Shown: in pieces, positions 1 through 10,211 of the stretch
Layout of the letters: each line of letters starts with the position of its first letter
How positions within the stretch are numbered: position 1 is the stretch's first letter
Assembly (NCBI GenBank): GCA_033763455.1
Contig: JANRKO010000006.1
Span: 448,001-512,000 of the forward strand
Reading direction: 5' to 3'
DNA from: Polyangiaceae bacterium
Lineage (GTDB): Bacteria; Myxococcota_A; Polyangia; Polyangiales; Polyangiaceae
DNA length: 64,000 nt
The notes under the pieces: generated by a model
Seen by the model: the letters and a program-made list of their open reading frames with translations, nothing else
Told to the model about the DNA's origin: nothing
The model's database searches: none
Translations under genes and position numbers: made by a program

Positions 1-2
1 TC

Positions 3-491
3 AAAGACCCAGGAACGGGAGCATGGGAGTGGCACCAGGATTATGGGTATTGGTACGGTGCGTGCCTCTATCCATCGTTGGTGAGTTGCTTTATAGCGGT
101 GCACCCAGCCACGAAGGCAAACGGGTGCTTACAGGTACTCCGCGGCTCCCATCGCGCGGGTAGGATAGATCATGGGGTAGTAAATGGTCAGCAGGGCGCG
201 GACCCGGCACGGGTAGAGCAGCTAGCAATGCGCCACGAGCGCGTGTACGTGGAGCTAGAGCCAGGCAGCGCGCTCTTCTTCCACCCGAACCTTTTGCATC
301 GCTCAGACGCCAACAGTTCCGAGAATCCTCGCTGGGCGCTCATCTGCTGCTACAACGCGCGTTCCAATAGTCGTTTCGATGGCCGTACGGATGCTGGGCA
401 CCCCCCGTATTCCCCCATTTCGGTACTTCTGGATTCAGAAGTGTTGGAGGCCGGTAAGCGTGAGCCCGGTCGGCTTAAGGAGCGGCGTTAG
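3..491 (+). CDS. Phytanoyl-CoA dioxygenase (PhyH)/ectoine-hydroxylase-like Fe(II)/2-oxoglutarate dioxygenase, 5' partial
   Basis: Frame is open from the window edge: [17 protein letters not shown] (HxD), [26 protein letters not shown] (distal His and 2OG-binding Arg). Confidence 0.9.
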   Translation, partial: KDPGTGAWEWHQDYGYWYGACLYPSLVSCFIAVHPATKANGCLQVLRGSHRAGRIDHGVVNGQQGADPARVEQLAMRHERVYVELEPGSALFFHPNLLHRSDANSSENPRWALICCYNARSNSRFDGRTDAGHPPYSPISVLLDSEVLEAGKREPGRLKERR

Positions 492-1419
492 GCAAGCAAC
501 CAATACGTTCGGGTCCGAAGGCTACATCGTCGAACCAAATGTCGATGGAAGGCGCCGGATCGTCGTGGGCGACGTGGGACCAACCGATGCGAGCTTCGCT
601 GAAAGCAGGCACCAGGAAAGGTTCCGTGGAGCCGTCGCTGAACTTGCCTCCGGGATGGATCGCGGCAATCTCAACGCCATCGAGCCAGAGCGTGTTGTTG
701 GTGCCTTCGGTGGGGCGAAAGTTCCACTCCACGCACACCCACTTTGCCGTGGCGACATTGACCCTCGAGTTGGTGCCCATATCCCGAAAGGGATTGTTGC
801 GTTGATAGCCAATGAACGGTCGCATCCTACCCATGGCGATGCTCATGGCATAGGTTCCTGCTGGATCCGCGCCGAGCCCCTCGAACATCGCAGCGTGGGC
901 ATTGGCCGCCGGCTCCTGGAAGTAGACATACATGCGCCCGTAGAAGTTACCCCCTAGAAATTTGGTTTGAACTATCTGGGCTTGGCTCTGCGCAGATGCA
1001 ACCGTGTGGGTTTTCATGGCGTATTTCCCGTGCGCTACGCGATCCGTAACCACCTCGACCGAGCCGTTAGGTGCTCGAACCTCCCACACATCGGTGTGAA
1101 TCGCGCCGGCCTCGAAGTCTTCGCAGACAACCGCGGGCGGCGCACAGGGTGGGGAAGGGGGCACCGTGCTCGTGGGTGCCGTGCTCGTGGGTGGGGTGCT
1201 CGTGGGTGTGACGACCGGTGGGACGGAAGTAGTTGGTGCAGGTGCCGTTTCCGTTGCTGAGGGGACCGCTGAAGTGGTTGGCATTGCAGTGGGATCCAGC
1301 GCAGCGTCCGTCGCTTGGCTAGAGCCGACGTCATCGCCGCTGCATTGAAGGAAAAGGAGCGGCAGAAGTGTGGTCACGGAGGGGAGAAGGCGAGGTTTCT
1401 TCATGATCGTTCGTGGCAA
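475..1419 (-). CDS. Secreted lipoprotein with Pro/Thr-rich linker and Cip1/polysaccharide-lyase-like beta-sandwich domain
   Basis: Basic N-terminus, hydrophobic stretch ending LFLQC, PTST linker, then CEDFE...KWVCVEW...WFDDVA pattern. Start may be the ATG at 1404. Confidence 0.6.
   Translation of the reverse strand: MPRTIMKKPRLLPSVTTLLPLLFLQCSGDDVGSSQATDAALDPTAMPTTSAVPSATETAPAPTTSVPPVVTPTSTPPTSTAPTSTVPPSPPCAPPAVVCEDFEAGAIHTDVWEVRAPNGSVEVVTDRVAHGKYAMKTHTVASAQSQAQIVQTKFLGGNFYGRMYVYFQEPAANAHAAMFEGLGADPAGTYAMSIAMGRMRPFIGYQRNNPFRDMGTNSRVNVATAKWVCVEWNFRPTEGTNNTLWLDGVEIAAIHPGGKFSDGSTEPFLVPAFSEARIGWSHVAHDDPAPSIDIWFDDVAFGPERIGCLPNAAP
1166..1210. repeat. 15-bp tandem repeat x3 (GTGCTCGTGGGTGnn) encoding the PTST linker
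   Basis: Units read directly at 1166, 1181 and 1196. Confidence 0.9.
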
Positions 1420-1564
1420 GGCAAAGGGCGCTGCGCTCAGACGGCTTGGGTCACCGGGGTGAACAATATGTCCAGGAACCTCCAGAGCTTAACCCCACAT
1501 CGCTAGCAAAATCCCCTCGTTATAGCGGGCCGACTAGCACAACTGGGTCATCCCAGAGTTACCC

Positions 1565-1592
1565 CGCTTCTCGCTTCTCGCTTCTCGATTCT
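1565..1592. repeat. Heptamer tandem repeat (CGCTTCT)x3 plus one imperfect copy
   Basis: CGCTTCT at 1565, 1572 and 1579; CGATTCT at 1586, abutting the SRPBCC stop codon. Confidence 0.85.
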
Positions 1593-2133
1593 ACTTCTTC
1601 TCCGAGAGCCGCTTGAGATTGGCAAGACCCTCTTCGAAATCCTTACCGATCATGGCGTCCATGCTAATGAACACGGACATCACCTTGCCGATGAAGGAAT
1701 TGGGGCCCTCCATAGCCCACGTGATCTCGGTGCCGTTCGACTGGGGTTTCAGCGTATACATCGTGGTATTGGTTGCTGCGAAAGGCTTTAGAAATTCTAA
1801 GCGAATCGAGAGCTGTTCGTTGGGGCGGCTCTCAATGATGGTCATGTTGCCCTCGCCCACGTCGTCGTTTCCGCGCCACGCGTAGGTCGCCCCTTTTCCT
1901 CTGGCGGCGCCGCCGAAGGTTTTCTGCATTCCCGGATCTAGCTTCTCCCAGGGGGACCATGCCGCCCACTGATGGAAGTCCTCAAGATGGGGGAACACTG
2001 CTTCCGGAGGAGTCGCAATCACCGTGCGCCTTTCGACGCGGAACGTCGCCGGCTTAGTGGCAGCCAGGCCGCACACCGCCAAGATGGCGACTACCAAAAC
2101 CCCACCGATGCCTAACAGAACTTTTTTTACCAT
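1591..2133 (-). CDS. SRPBCC/START family (polyketide cyclase-like) protein with N-terminal membrane anchor
   Basis: N-terminal TM segment, FRVERRTVI, WAAWSPW, LEFLKPF, IGKDFEEGLANLK. Confidence 0.9.
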   Translation of the reverse strand: MVKKVLLGIGGVLVVAILAVCGLAATKPATFRVERRTVIATPPEAVFPHLEDFHQWAAWSPWEKLDPGMQKTFGGAARGKGATYAWRGNDDVGEGNMTIIESRPNEQLSIRLEFLKPFAATNTTMYTLKPQSNGTEITWAMEGPNSFIGKVMSVFISMDAMIGKDFEEGLANLKRLSEKK

Positions 2134-2222
2134 AGTCCCGTGCCAGTATCACAGCGCCAACTTTACATAAATATCCGTAAAATTCGGCTTGCGGGCAGGC
2201 TTTTGAGTTAACGTGTTCCAGC

Positions 2223-3104
2223 GTGTTGCCCAGCTGGTGCTTACCCCTGAAGAAGATTGGCTATTCGGAGGCTGAGGGCGCTCTTGCCGAGAGCCCGGTG
2301 CCTGTGATGGCGACGGTTGCAAGCGCTGGTTTTTCTCATATCACCGAGCCCGGTTACGACTGGGACGGCATCAAGCGGGGCACTAGTGAGTTCGTGCTAT
2401 TTCAACATACGCTTTCGGGCGAAGGGCGGCTCATCTTTGAGGGCACCCCACACGCGGTCCACCCGGGCCAAACGATGTTGCTCACGTTTCCTCATCAGAA
2501 TCGGTATTTTTTGCCCGAGGGAAAGCAGTGGGAGTTCTTCTATCTTATCCTTCGTGGTTCAGAGATGAAGCGGCTCTGGCAAGTCGCGATCGATCGAGCG
2601 GGGCCCGTGGTGCGTTTTGAAGATGCGGGCACAGTGTTGCTCGCTGCCACGCGTCTTTGCGAACGCATTTTGCGTGGGGACATCCGCTCCCCGCTTGAAG
2701 CTTCGGCGCTCAGCTATTCCTTGGCTATGGATGTCGTGGGCTCCACCTTTGAGCTGGAGGGAGATTCACCGGCGTTCGTTCTCAGGGTGCAAGCGTATTG
2801 TCGGCAGCACCTGGCTCACCACATCAGTGTTGAACAAATGGCTCGCGTGGCGGGCGTGAGCCGTTCGCACTTGAGTAGGCACTTTCAGGAGGCGTTGGGG
2901 ATTTCTCCCGCCAAATACTTGATGCAGCTGCGGCTTGATGTGGCCATGGAATTGGTGCGCAAAGGCGAGCTCTCCGTAAAGGAAATTGCCGAAGAGGTCG
3001 GCTTCGATTCCGCGAACTACTTCGGCAAGGTGTTTGCAGGGCGTTTCGGTGCTGCCCCAGGGGCCTTGCGCAAGAGCGGCATGTACAGCCAGCGGCGCGT
3101 TTAG
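2223..3104 (+). CDS. AraC family transcriptional regulator
   Basis: N-terminal cupin (FQHTLSGEG) and C-terminal double HTH (SRSHLSRHF, SVKEIAEEVGFDSANYFGKVF). Confidence 0.92.
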   Translation: MLPSWCLPLKKIGYSEAEGALAESPVPVMATVASAGFSHITEPGYDWDGIKRGTSEFVLFQHTLSGEGRLIFEGTPHAVHPGQTMLLTFPHQNRYFLPEGKQWEFFYLILRGSEMKRLWQVAIDRAGPVVRFEDAGTVLLAATRLCERILRGDIRSPLEASALSYSLAMDVVGSTFELEGDSPAFVLRVQAYCRQHLAHHISVEQMARVAGVSRSHLSRHFQEALGISPAKYLMQLRLDVAMELVRKGELSVKEIAEEVGFDSANYFGKVFAGRFGAAPGALRKSGMYSQRRV

Positions 3105-3162
3105 CTCGCCTAAAGCCAGTGTGTTCGTGTCTGGTTGAGCACAGCCGGCGGTGTCGCCGGCG

Positions 3163-4620
3163 CTAGTTGTTCGCCAGAGCGCGCATCTCGGCCACGTCCT
3201 TGACCTTCAAGCGTGCTGCCCCCGTGTAGCCTGCATGGTGGGGAGCGGGGGAACGCTTCGGATCGGCAAGGCGCGCTTCGGCTTTCGCAATGGCCGCACC
3301 GTATTGCGGAAGCCAGGCCTTCTGAGCCACCAGCATTTCATCGGTGAGCTGCCACACTTCCTCGGGATTGCACACAGCACCCACCAATGGGTCCATGAGC
3401 ATCGCCTGGCGTAAGAGTAGATCATCCCCGCTGACAGCTGCCTCTACGGCAAGCCTCTGCACGGAGATGCTGGCGTTGCAGACAGCCGCGCAGCCTAACG
3501 GGAGTGCGCCCACGACTGGAATGTTGATGCCATGTTTGTCGACGTAGCCGGGAACTTCGACGATGGCGTCATGGGGCAAGTTGGAGATGATGCCGCGGTT
3601 GGGCACGTTAAAGTGCCCTCTGAAAATACGTCCCGTTTCGAGGCCCTCGAGGATGTAGGAGCCGCGCTCCAAGCTGCGCGTGCTGACCGAGTATTGCTTG
3701 GGGGGCTCTGCTAACCACTTTGGAAAATCCGTCTCGAACCAGGCGCGGCCTTCTGAGCAAACCCGCAAATAGCCGCCTGTTTCGCCGTTGATCCAGCTGC
3801 TAAGATCGATCCACCGTTCGATCTCGCTCGGGCGCTTCCGATACCATGCCAAGTATTCACTCAGGTGGCCGTTCGACTCAGTGCTGTAATAGCCAAACCG
3901 CTTCAGGATATCGATGCGAACTTTCTCGGTCCTGGAGAACTCGGGGTGTTCCTCCATCGCTTGGAGTAGCTTGCCCGTGTAGTCTGCTCCCGCGTGAGAA
4001 ATACGCAGGAACCACGTTTGGTGGTTGATTCCGGCGGCCACAATGTCAAGTTCGTGCTTCGGTAAGCCCAGCGCTTTGGCCACCTGCTCGTAGCCGTGCT
4101 CCACGCCGTGGCAGAGGCCGTAGGTTTCCACGCCGCCATATTGATTCGCCGCCCAGGTGAGCATGGCCATTGGATTAGAGTAATTGAAGAGCTTGCAACC
4201 AGGGAGCGCCACCTGGCGAATATCGCGGCAAAAATCGAGTATCGCGGCGATGCCGCGTTGCCCGTACATGACCCCGCCGGCGCACAACGTGTCGCCGACG
4301 CATTGGTCAACGCCGTAGCGTAGCGGGATATCAATGTCGGTTTGGAATGCTTCGAGTCCCCCGATGCGGGCCACGCAGAATACGTATTTGGCATCGCGCA
4401 ACGCTGCCAAGCGGTTGGTGGTTGAGGTTATCCTCGCGGGTAGAGCATTGTACTCAAGGTCGCGCTCACAGAGCTCGGCCACCATGCGGAGGTTCTCTTC
4501 GCTGATGTTTTGAAGGGCAAGTTCGACCCCTGAGAACTCCGGCACGCTGAGTAGATCCGCAACTAGCGTTCGGGTGAATCCGACGCTTCCGGCGCCAATG
4601 AATGCAACTTTAAACGACAT
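3163..4620 (-). CDS. melA: NAD+-dependent alpha-galactosidase, glycoside hydrolase family 4
   Basis: FIGAGS NAD-binding loop, DQCVGDT, NYSNP, GLCHG, GINHQTW, ESNGHLSEY. Confidence 0.92.
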   Translation of the reverse strand: MSFKVAFIGAGSVGFTRTLVADLLSVPEFSGVELALQNISEENLRMVAELCERDLEYNALPARITSTTNRLAALRDAKYVFCVARIGGLEAFQTDIDIPLRYGVDQCVGDTLCAGGVMYGQRGIAAILDFCRDIRQVALPGCKLFNYSNPMAMLTWAANQYGGVETYGLCHGVEHGYEQVAKALGLPKHELDIVAAGINHQTWFLRISHAGADYTGKLLQAMEEHPEFSRTEKVRIDILKRFGYYSTESNGHLSEYLAWYRKRPSEIERWIDLSSWINGETGGYLRVCSEGRAWFETDFPKWLAEPPKQYSVSTRSLERGSYILEGLETGRIFRGHFNVPNRGIISNLPHDAIVEVPGYVDKHGINIPVVGALPLGCAAVCNASISVQRLAVEAAVSGDDLLLRQAMLMDPLVGAVCNPEEVWQLTDEMLVAQKAWLPQYGAAIAKAEARLADPKRSPAPHHAGYTGAARLKVKDVAEMRALANN

Positions 4621-5208
4621 AGATAAACCTCCGTTGACCGCGAGTAATTAACTCAAGGCATCAGTAGCTTCGAACTTGAGTGTGCAGAAAATGGGAGGGC
4701 TTGCCCAGAATAGGTTTGGGTAGAAACGGGTAGAACTGGCGCCGGGGAGCCCACATGCCTGCGCCCAAGCCACTCGCCAACGCTCACGCGGCAAACCCCA
4801 TCATAGCGTTACAGAGGCCTCTGCTTTAGATCCGCGCTTCCCGTTTCTCTAGAAGGCCACTGTAGCGTCGAAATCTCGCCGATTATTTCTGGTTTGCTTT
4901 AGACGGTTAGCCGGGCCGATGAAGGCTCGGAGCGGTAGGAACGTCTTGGTCGCCCGATGCCTCTACCAGCTGCAGGATGGCTGTGGCTCCCACGACCTCC
5001 CTGAAGCCCGCGGACGCGGAGCCACTCCAGAGGCGTTAGCCGGTGTACGCTCGCTGCGATCTCGCCGGGCACCCTCGTTGCATAAAAATGCCCCAGATAT
5101 AGGGTTGGGCCATTGGTCGCATCGTGATACAATCGACTTCCAGCTTGGTCGAAGGAGTTAGTGCGGCAACGCATCCGCCAGCGCTGTAATCACGGGAGAA
5201 GGTAAGCC

Positions 5209-6168
5209 ATGAATCGCTCAAATTCACGTCGTTTGTGGGTTCTTCGGGGTTCGCTCGCAGGCCTAGGGTTGGCTGCAGCTGTGGGTTGCAGTGGCGAAAA
5301 GTCGGATGCGCCTGCGGGGCCGCCCACGGGCTCGACCCCCACCGCCAGCGCAACGCAACCGATGTTGGACATCGGAGGCACTCCGGTGAGTGGTGCAGGA
5401 GGTGCGTCTGGAGGTGGCGTCAATCCGTTGGATCTCGAAACGGGTTTTGCCATGGCCGACATTGGCAGCATGAAGCTTGGGGATCTGCTCGACGCAAATA
5501 CTGTGCTCCCCGTTACCACGCAGAATGGAATGGGTTGTGGCAGCACACTTCTCGCCATCGTGCGTGATTTTGACGACACTCATCCTGATTTTGAGCACTA
5601 CACGGGCTCGGGCCTACAAGGAATTGTCGAGAGCGCGTTGGGTGCCGATCAAAAGCCAGTGTATGCGCACACGGGCAGCACCGAGTTCACCACCTCGCCC
5701 GCTGATTTCGCCCAGTGGTATCACAATACGGAGGGGGTGAATAAGGGGTATTTGTTGAAGGTTCGCCTGGCGAAAAACGGCGATAGATTCTCATTTGAAA
5801 GCCGTGCATTTTTCCCCCTAGATGGTGCGGGGCTTGGCAACCAGGGGCGCGAACACAATTTTCACTTCACCACGGAGCTTCACACCGAATTTGTTTACCA
5901 CGGCGGTGAAAATTTTGAGTTCATTGGGGATGATGATTTGTGGGTCTTCATCAACAATCGGCTGGCCATTGACCTTGGAGGCCTGCACCCTCGGCAACAG
6001 AAGCAGATCAGCCTAGATGCTGAAGCGGTGAGGCTCGGCATCGAAAAGGGCAAATCATACCACCTGGATCTATTTCATGCCGAGCGGCACACGGATGCGT
6101 CCAACTTCCGCGTAGATACTTCTTTGCAGTTTACGAACTGCGGCACAGTGAGTGATGTCCTGCGCTAG
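5209..6168 (+). CDS. Fibro-slime (PA14-like) domain lipoprotein
   Basis: Lipobox AVGC; IVRDF..HPDFE, FFPLD, HNFHFTTE, FIGDDDLWVFIN, DLGGLH, FHAERH. Confidence 0.92.
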   Translation: MNRSNSRRLWVLRGSLAGLGLAAAVGCSGEKSDAPAGPPTGSTPTASATQPMLDIGGTPVSGAGGASGGGVNPLDLETGFAMADIGSMKLGDLLDANTVLPVTTQNGMGCGSTLLAIVRDFDDTHPDFEHYTGSGLQGIVESALGADQKPVYAHTGSTEFTTSPADFAQWYHNTEGVNKGYLLKVRLAKNGDRFSFESRAFFPLDGAGLGNQGREHNFHFTTELHTEFVYHGGENFEFIGDDDLWVFINNRLAIDLGGLHPRQQKQISLDAEAVRLGIEKGKSYHLDLFHAERHTDASNFRVDTSLQFTNCGTVSDVLR

Positions 6169-6289
6169 GTCAGCTTTCGCCTAGCGTCGCTGTTCAGCCT
6201 AGCACCACGCTGCAACGTTCCGAGAGCCGCCGGCGGCTGCCGCGGTGACCCGTTGACCAGAGGAGCAATTCGCACTCACATTTAGTGTG

Positions 6290-6619
6290 ATGCGTACCGT
6301 CCTGCTACTCTTTCTGAGCAACCTTTTCATGACTGCCGCGTGGTACGGGCACCTCCGCTACAAGGATGTCGCGCTTTGGAAGGTGGTCGTCATAAGTTGG
6401 GGAATCGCGTTCTTCGAGTATTGTTTGCAGGTTCCGGCTAACCGCTGGGGCTACGGGCAATTTAGTGCTTATCAGCTCAAGATCTTGCAGGAGGTCATCA
6501 CGCTTGTTGTGTTTATGGGGTTCTCTGCTTTCTGGCTTGGAGAGGCCCCGCGTTGGAATCACCTGGTGGCGTTCGCTCTGGTCTTGGGTGCCGTGGGTTT
6601 TGGGTTCAGGCCTACGTGA
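6290..6619 (+). CDS. DMT superfamily small membrane protein (DUF486-like)
   Basis: SNLFMTAAWYGHL, SWGIAFFEYCLQVPANR, QLKILQEVITL. Confidence 0.9.
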   Translation: MRTVLLLFLSNLFMTAAWYGHLRYKDVALWKVVVISWGIAFFEYCLQVPANRWGYGQFSAYQLKILQEVITLVVFMGFSAFWLGEAPRWNHLVAFALVLGAVGFGFRPT

Positions 6620-6750
6620 GCCGTGGTTCAAAGCGCGGTTGAGACCAGATCCACCCTCGTCAGCTATCAAAATTAATGCGGAAGTTGACCCAAAGTCAGC
6701 CTCGGCTACCGTGGTTGAATGTTAACTTGGCTAAGAGCTGAAGGCTGAAT

Positions 6751-8250
6751 GTGGCGTTAGCTTCAGGGTTCACAGCCGGGATCTTAGTCGCGTGGACGAT
6801 CGCTCAGGTGGCTCTTGGAGCGTTTTTCGTGTTGGCGCAAAGGGTGGGGCGTCGACAGGGGGAATACCTTCTGTTTGGCGTGCTGTGCTTTCTGCTCGCA
6901 ATATTGACTGGGGGGATAGCGGCCCTCTACGGCTCGGGTGATTACGAGAACCTCACCACCATCCGCGTGGTGAATGCTGCTGCAATCCTTGCGACCTCGG
7001 TCAACCTGCACTTTGTGTACCGCTACACAGGTGCGCGCCTTCCGAAGAGCTTATTGTTGACACTCTACGCCCTCTGCTTTGGCTTCGAGTTAGCGAACGT
7101 CTCGGTGTGGTGGGGTTCGATGGCTTTTCACCCAATTGATGTCGGCGTGTTGCGCGGGGTCAATTCCGCCACTCCGGCATCTGCACCGTTGGCGTATACG
7201 TTTGCCATTTTTGCCCTGGGCCAGTTGCTGCTTGGGGCCTGGCTGCTGGTCCAGCGCCTGCGCGAAGGTAGCCGTGAGGCCCTGGGTGCCTTGCTCGGCA
7301 CCGGCGTGCTGCTTCTGGCAGTGGGTAATGATTCGGCGATCGTTACCGGAGTCCTGCATGAATCGATCTATCTGGTGCCCCACGCCTTCCTTGCGTACGC
7401 GTTTGGCGTTGCCACCACGCTGCTATTTCGCTACCGCGCCGCGTCCGGAGAGCTCGAGGTAACAGTTGCAAAGCTCGAACAGTCATCATGGGAGCTTAGG
7501 CGTTCGCATGAAGATCTGAAGCTCATTCAAGACGAGTTGATCAAAAAGCAACAGCTCGCTGCTGTGGGGGAATTGGCGGCGGTTATTGCCCACGAAGTCA
7601 GGAACCCGCTGGCCATAATCGTGAACGCTGTGGCTGCCCTCAGGCGGCCGCAGGTAACCGACAATGATCGTGTTACTTTGCTCGGAATAGTCGATGAAGA
7701 GACGGCGCGGCTCAACCGTCTGGTTACGGACCTTTTGCGGTATTCTCGGCCGATTCAGTTGAAGCGCACGGCTATCTCCCTTTCCGATCTCGCGCGTCGC
7801 GTCCCTGCGATGGAAAAGTACGACTGCACAATGCAGCTGGATATCGCGAACGACACCGAGCTCGAAACGATCTGGGTGGATCCAACCCTCTTTCGCGTAG
7901 TGTTTGATAACCTCGTAGATAATGCCTGCCAATCGATGCCAAACGGCGGAATAGTCCGCGTCGTGGTCACGCGCCACGGTGCGCCTGGGCGTGATTTCGC
8001 CAGGATTGAGATTACGGACACGGGGCGTGGCATGGAGCCGGATACCTTGCGTCGCGCCCGTGACCCATTTTTCACCACCCGCCCGAGCGGCACCGGGCTC
8101 GGCCTCCCCATCGTGCAACGCATCATTGAAGCACACGAAGGCGAAATTACCATAAAGAGCGAGCCAAATCAGGGCACAGTGGTCACGCTGTTGATTCCGC
8201 TCGGCGTCCCCACTGGTGTTGATGGAAGCTTGCGTTTAGGTGGGTCATGA
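6751..8250 (+). CDS. Membrane sensor histidine kinase (about 7 TM, HisKA, HATPase)
   Basis: Multiple TM helices; H-box AHEVRNPL, N-box NLVDNA, DTGRGM, PFFTT, GTGLGL. Confidence 0.93.
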   Translation: MALASGFTAGILVAWTIAQVALGAFFVLAQRVGRRQGEYLLFGVLCFLLAILTGGIAALYGSGDYENLTTIRVVNAAAILATSVNLHFVYRYTGARLPKSLLLTLYALCFGFELANVSVWWGSMAFHPIDVGVLRGVNSATPASAPLAYTFAIFALGQLLLGAWLLVQRLREGSREALGALLGTGVLLLAVGNDSAIVTGVLHESIYLVPHAFLAYAFGVATTLLFRYRAASGELEVTVAKLEQSSWELRRSHEDLKLIQDELIKKQQLAAVGELAAVIAHEVRNPLAIIVNAVAALRRPQVTDNDRVTLLGIVDEETARLNRLVTDLLRYSRPIQLKRTAISLSDLARRVPAMEKYDCTMQLDIANDTELETIWVDPTLFRVVFDNLVDNACQSMPNGGIVRVVVTRHGAPGRDFARIEITDTGRGMEPDTLRRARDPFFTTRPSGTGLGLPIVQRIIEAHEGEITIKSEPNQGTVVTLLIPLGVPTGVDGSLRLGGS

Positions 8251-9548
8251 AGAAAAGCAGAGAAGAGTTGGTTGAGCTCGACAAACGCTACGTGTGGCAT
8301 CCCTACACACAGATGCAGGAGTACATCGAATCCGGCGAACCGCTAGTGATTAGTCACGCCAAAGGGAGTCGATTGTTCGATCAGGATGGGCGCTCGTACA
8401 TTGACGGTAACTCGTCGTGGTGGACAGCACTTCTCGGCCACCAGCATCCTCGACTGATCGCCGCGCTCAAGCAACAGGCGGACGAGCTCTGCCATACGGC
8501 GCTCGCGGGTATTACGCATGAGCCAGCCGCACTTCTTGCCGAGGCGCTCGTCAAGGTGGCGCCGCTTGGCCTTACTCGCGTGCTTTTCAGCGACAACGGC
8601 TCCACAGCGCTTGAAGCAGCCATCAAGATGGCCCTGAAATTCTGGCAACAAAACGGGTATCCGGGGCGCAAGCGTTTCGTCGCACTAGAAGGTGCCTTCC
8701 ACGGCGAAACGCTAGGTGTCACGGCGTTATCTGGGGTAGAAGTGTTTCGTCGTCCGTTTGCAGATGTACTGATGGAGTGCATCCACGTGCCGCTCGAAGT
8801 GGATGGATACGAGCGTGCCTTCGCAGTCGCAGAGCGCCTCTTGCGAGACAAAGCCCAGGAGATCGCGGCTGTTGTTGTGGAGCCCCTGCTGCAAGGTGCG
8901 GGCGGGATGCGGGTGTACGCTGCGGAATATCTGAAGCGTCTGCGTGCAGTAACAGCAGAGTTAGATATTCTGTTGGTAGCCGATGAGGTCTTCACGGGGT
9001 ATGGCCGCACCGGGCCCATGTGGGCGTGTGAACACGCGGGCGTGGCACCGGACATCCTTTGTTCGGCGAAGGGCTTCAGCGGTGGGCTTTTGCCTATGGC
9101 CGCCACCCTCGCGTCCGAGCGCGTTTTTGGGGGGTTTTTGGGCGATCCAAGCCGGGCTCTGCATTATGGGCACACCTATTGCGGCAATCCGTTGGGGGCA
9201 CGAGTGGCCCTAGAGGTTTTGGCAGTCTACCGAGACGAAAGCATTCTGGAGCTGGCTCGCCCCAAGGCCCAACGCATCAAAGAAACGGTGCAAGCCTTGG
9301 CCGAGGTTGAAGGCGTGAGTGCCGTGCGGAGCCTCGGCATGGTGGGTGCGGTGGAGCTCCAGAGTTCCTCCAGCGGTTATCTCGAACGTGCCGGGTGGCG
9401 CGTGTATGAAGAAGCCAAGAAACGCGGTGCTTACCTGCGGCCGCTGGGCAACATCGTCTACATGGCGCCGGCGCTGAACATTTCAGAGGTTGATCTGGAG
9501 GAGCTTTTGGCAATCTTCACAGATTCTATTCGAGCCGTACTCAAGTAG
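8247..9548 (+). CDS. bioA: Adenosylmethionine-8-amino-7-oxononanoate aminotransferase
   Basis: VWHPYTQM, SSWW, DNGSTA, FHGET, ADEVFTGYGRTG, SAKG (PLP lysine), YGHTYCGNP, LRPLG. ATGA overlap with the kinase. Confidence 0.95.
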   Translation: MKKSREELVELDKRYVWHPYTQMQEYIESGEPLVISHAKGSRLFDQDGRSYIDGNSSWWTALLGHQHPRLIAALKQQADELCHTALAGITHEPAALLAEALVKVAPLGLTRVLFSDNGSTALEAAIKMALKFWQQNGYPGRKRFVALEGAFHGETLGVTALSGVEVFRRPFADVLMECIHVPLEVDGYERAFAVAERLLRDKAQEIAAVVVEPLLQGAGGMRVYAAEYLKRLRAVTAELDILLVADEVFTGYGRTGPMWACEHAGVAPDILCSAKGFSGGLLPMAATLASERVFGGFLGDPSRALHYGHTYCGNPLGARVALEVLAVYRDESILELARPKAQRIKETVQALAEVEGVSAVRSLGMVGAVELQSSSSGYLERAGWRVYEEAKKRGAYLRPLGNIVYMAPALNISEVDLEELLAIFTDSIRAVLK

Positions 9549-9827
9549 CTCAGCAAGTCCCGGCCGCTTCGGCGGTGGAACAGGTGCTCTCACCTCGGGT
9601 GGTGAGCTTTGGGCGTGCGCGAGTCAGTACTTAGCATGCTAAGGGTCTCCCAACCGCAATGAACGCCGCGCTCCTCCCGGGAGCCGTTTCGGACTCTGCA
9701 CCCATTGCGATCTCGATTGCCGGGGGCCTGGTTCCGCTGGATTGCGCTTTGCCCAATGGGAGGGCGGTCGGAAGTCTTGCAGCTCTCTTGACCCGAAGAT
9801 CTCTCAAGGCCTATCGACTGACCGAGC

Positions 9828-10211
9828 ATGGCACAGAGAAAGCGCTACGTATTTGTGTGCGTCAACCGGCGCCCTGATGGCACACCCAAGGGCTCATGTG
9901 CAGTACGCGGGAGCGAGGAGCTCCTGGTTCACCTCAAGGCGCGGCTGAAGGAACGAAAGTTGGCGGACGTTGAGGTGCGAGCTTGCAGCTCCAGTTGCCT
10001 GGACGCCTGCTGGGTTGGGCCGTGTGTCGCGGTGGAGCCGGACCACTATTTCTATGGGCGCGTTCAGCCGGGCGACATTGAGGAAATCATTGATGCCTGG
10101 GAGCAGGGCTCTCGTGTCGAAAGGTTAGTGTTATCCGAGGCCGATTTCGTGTTGCCCAAAGAGCTCAAACGTCTTGAGGATGAGGCGAAGCTTCAGAAAG
10201 GCAAAGCGTGA
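9828..10211 (+). CDS. Thioredoxin-like [2Fe-2S] ferredoxin
   Basis: VFVCVN..KGSC and SSCLDAC..GP motifs. Confidence 0.88.
   Translation: MAQRKRYVFVCVNRRPDGTPKGSCAVRGSEELLVHLKARLKERKLADVEVRACSSSCLDACWVGPCVAVEPDHYFYGRVQPGDIEEIIDAWEQGSRVERLVLSEADFVLPKELKRLEDEAKLQKGKA

Noticed and set aside
4899..5174. Short ORFs between melA and the fibro-slime gene
   Set aside because: No recognisable motif or RBS; they overlap in several frames and are probably spurious.
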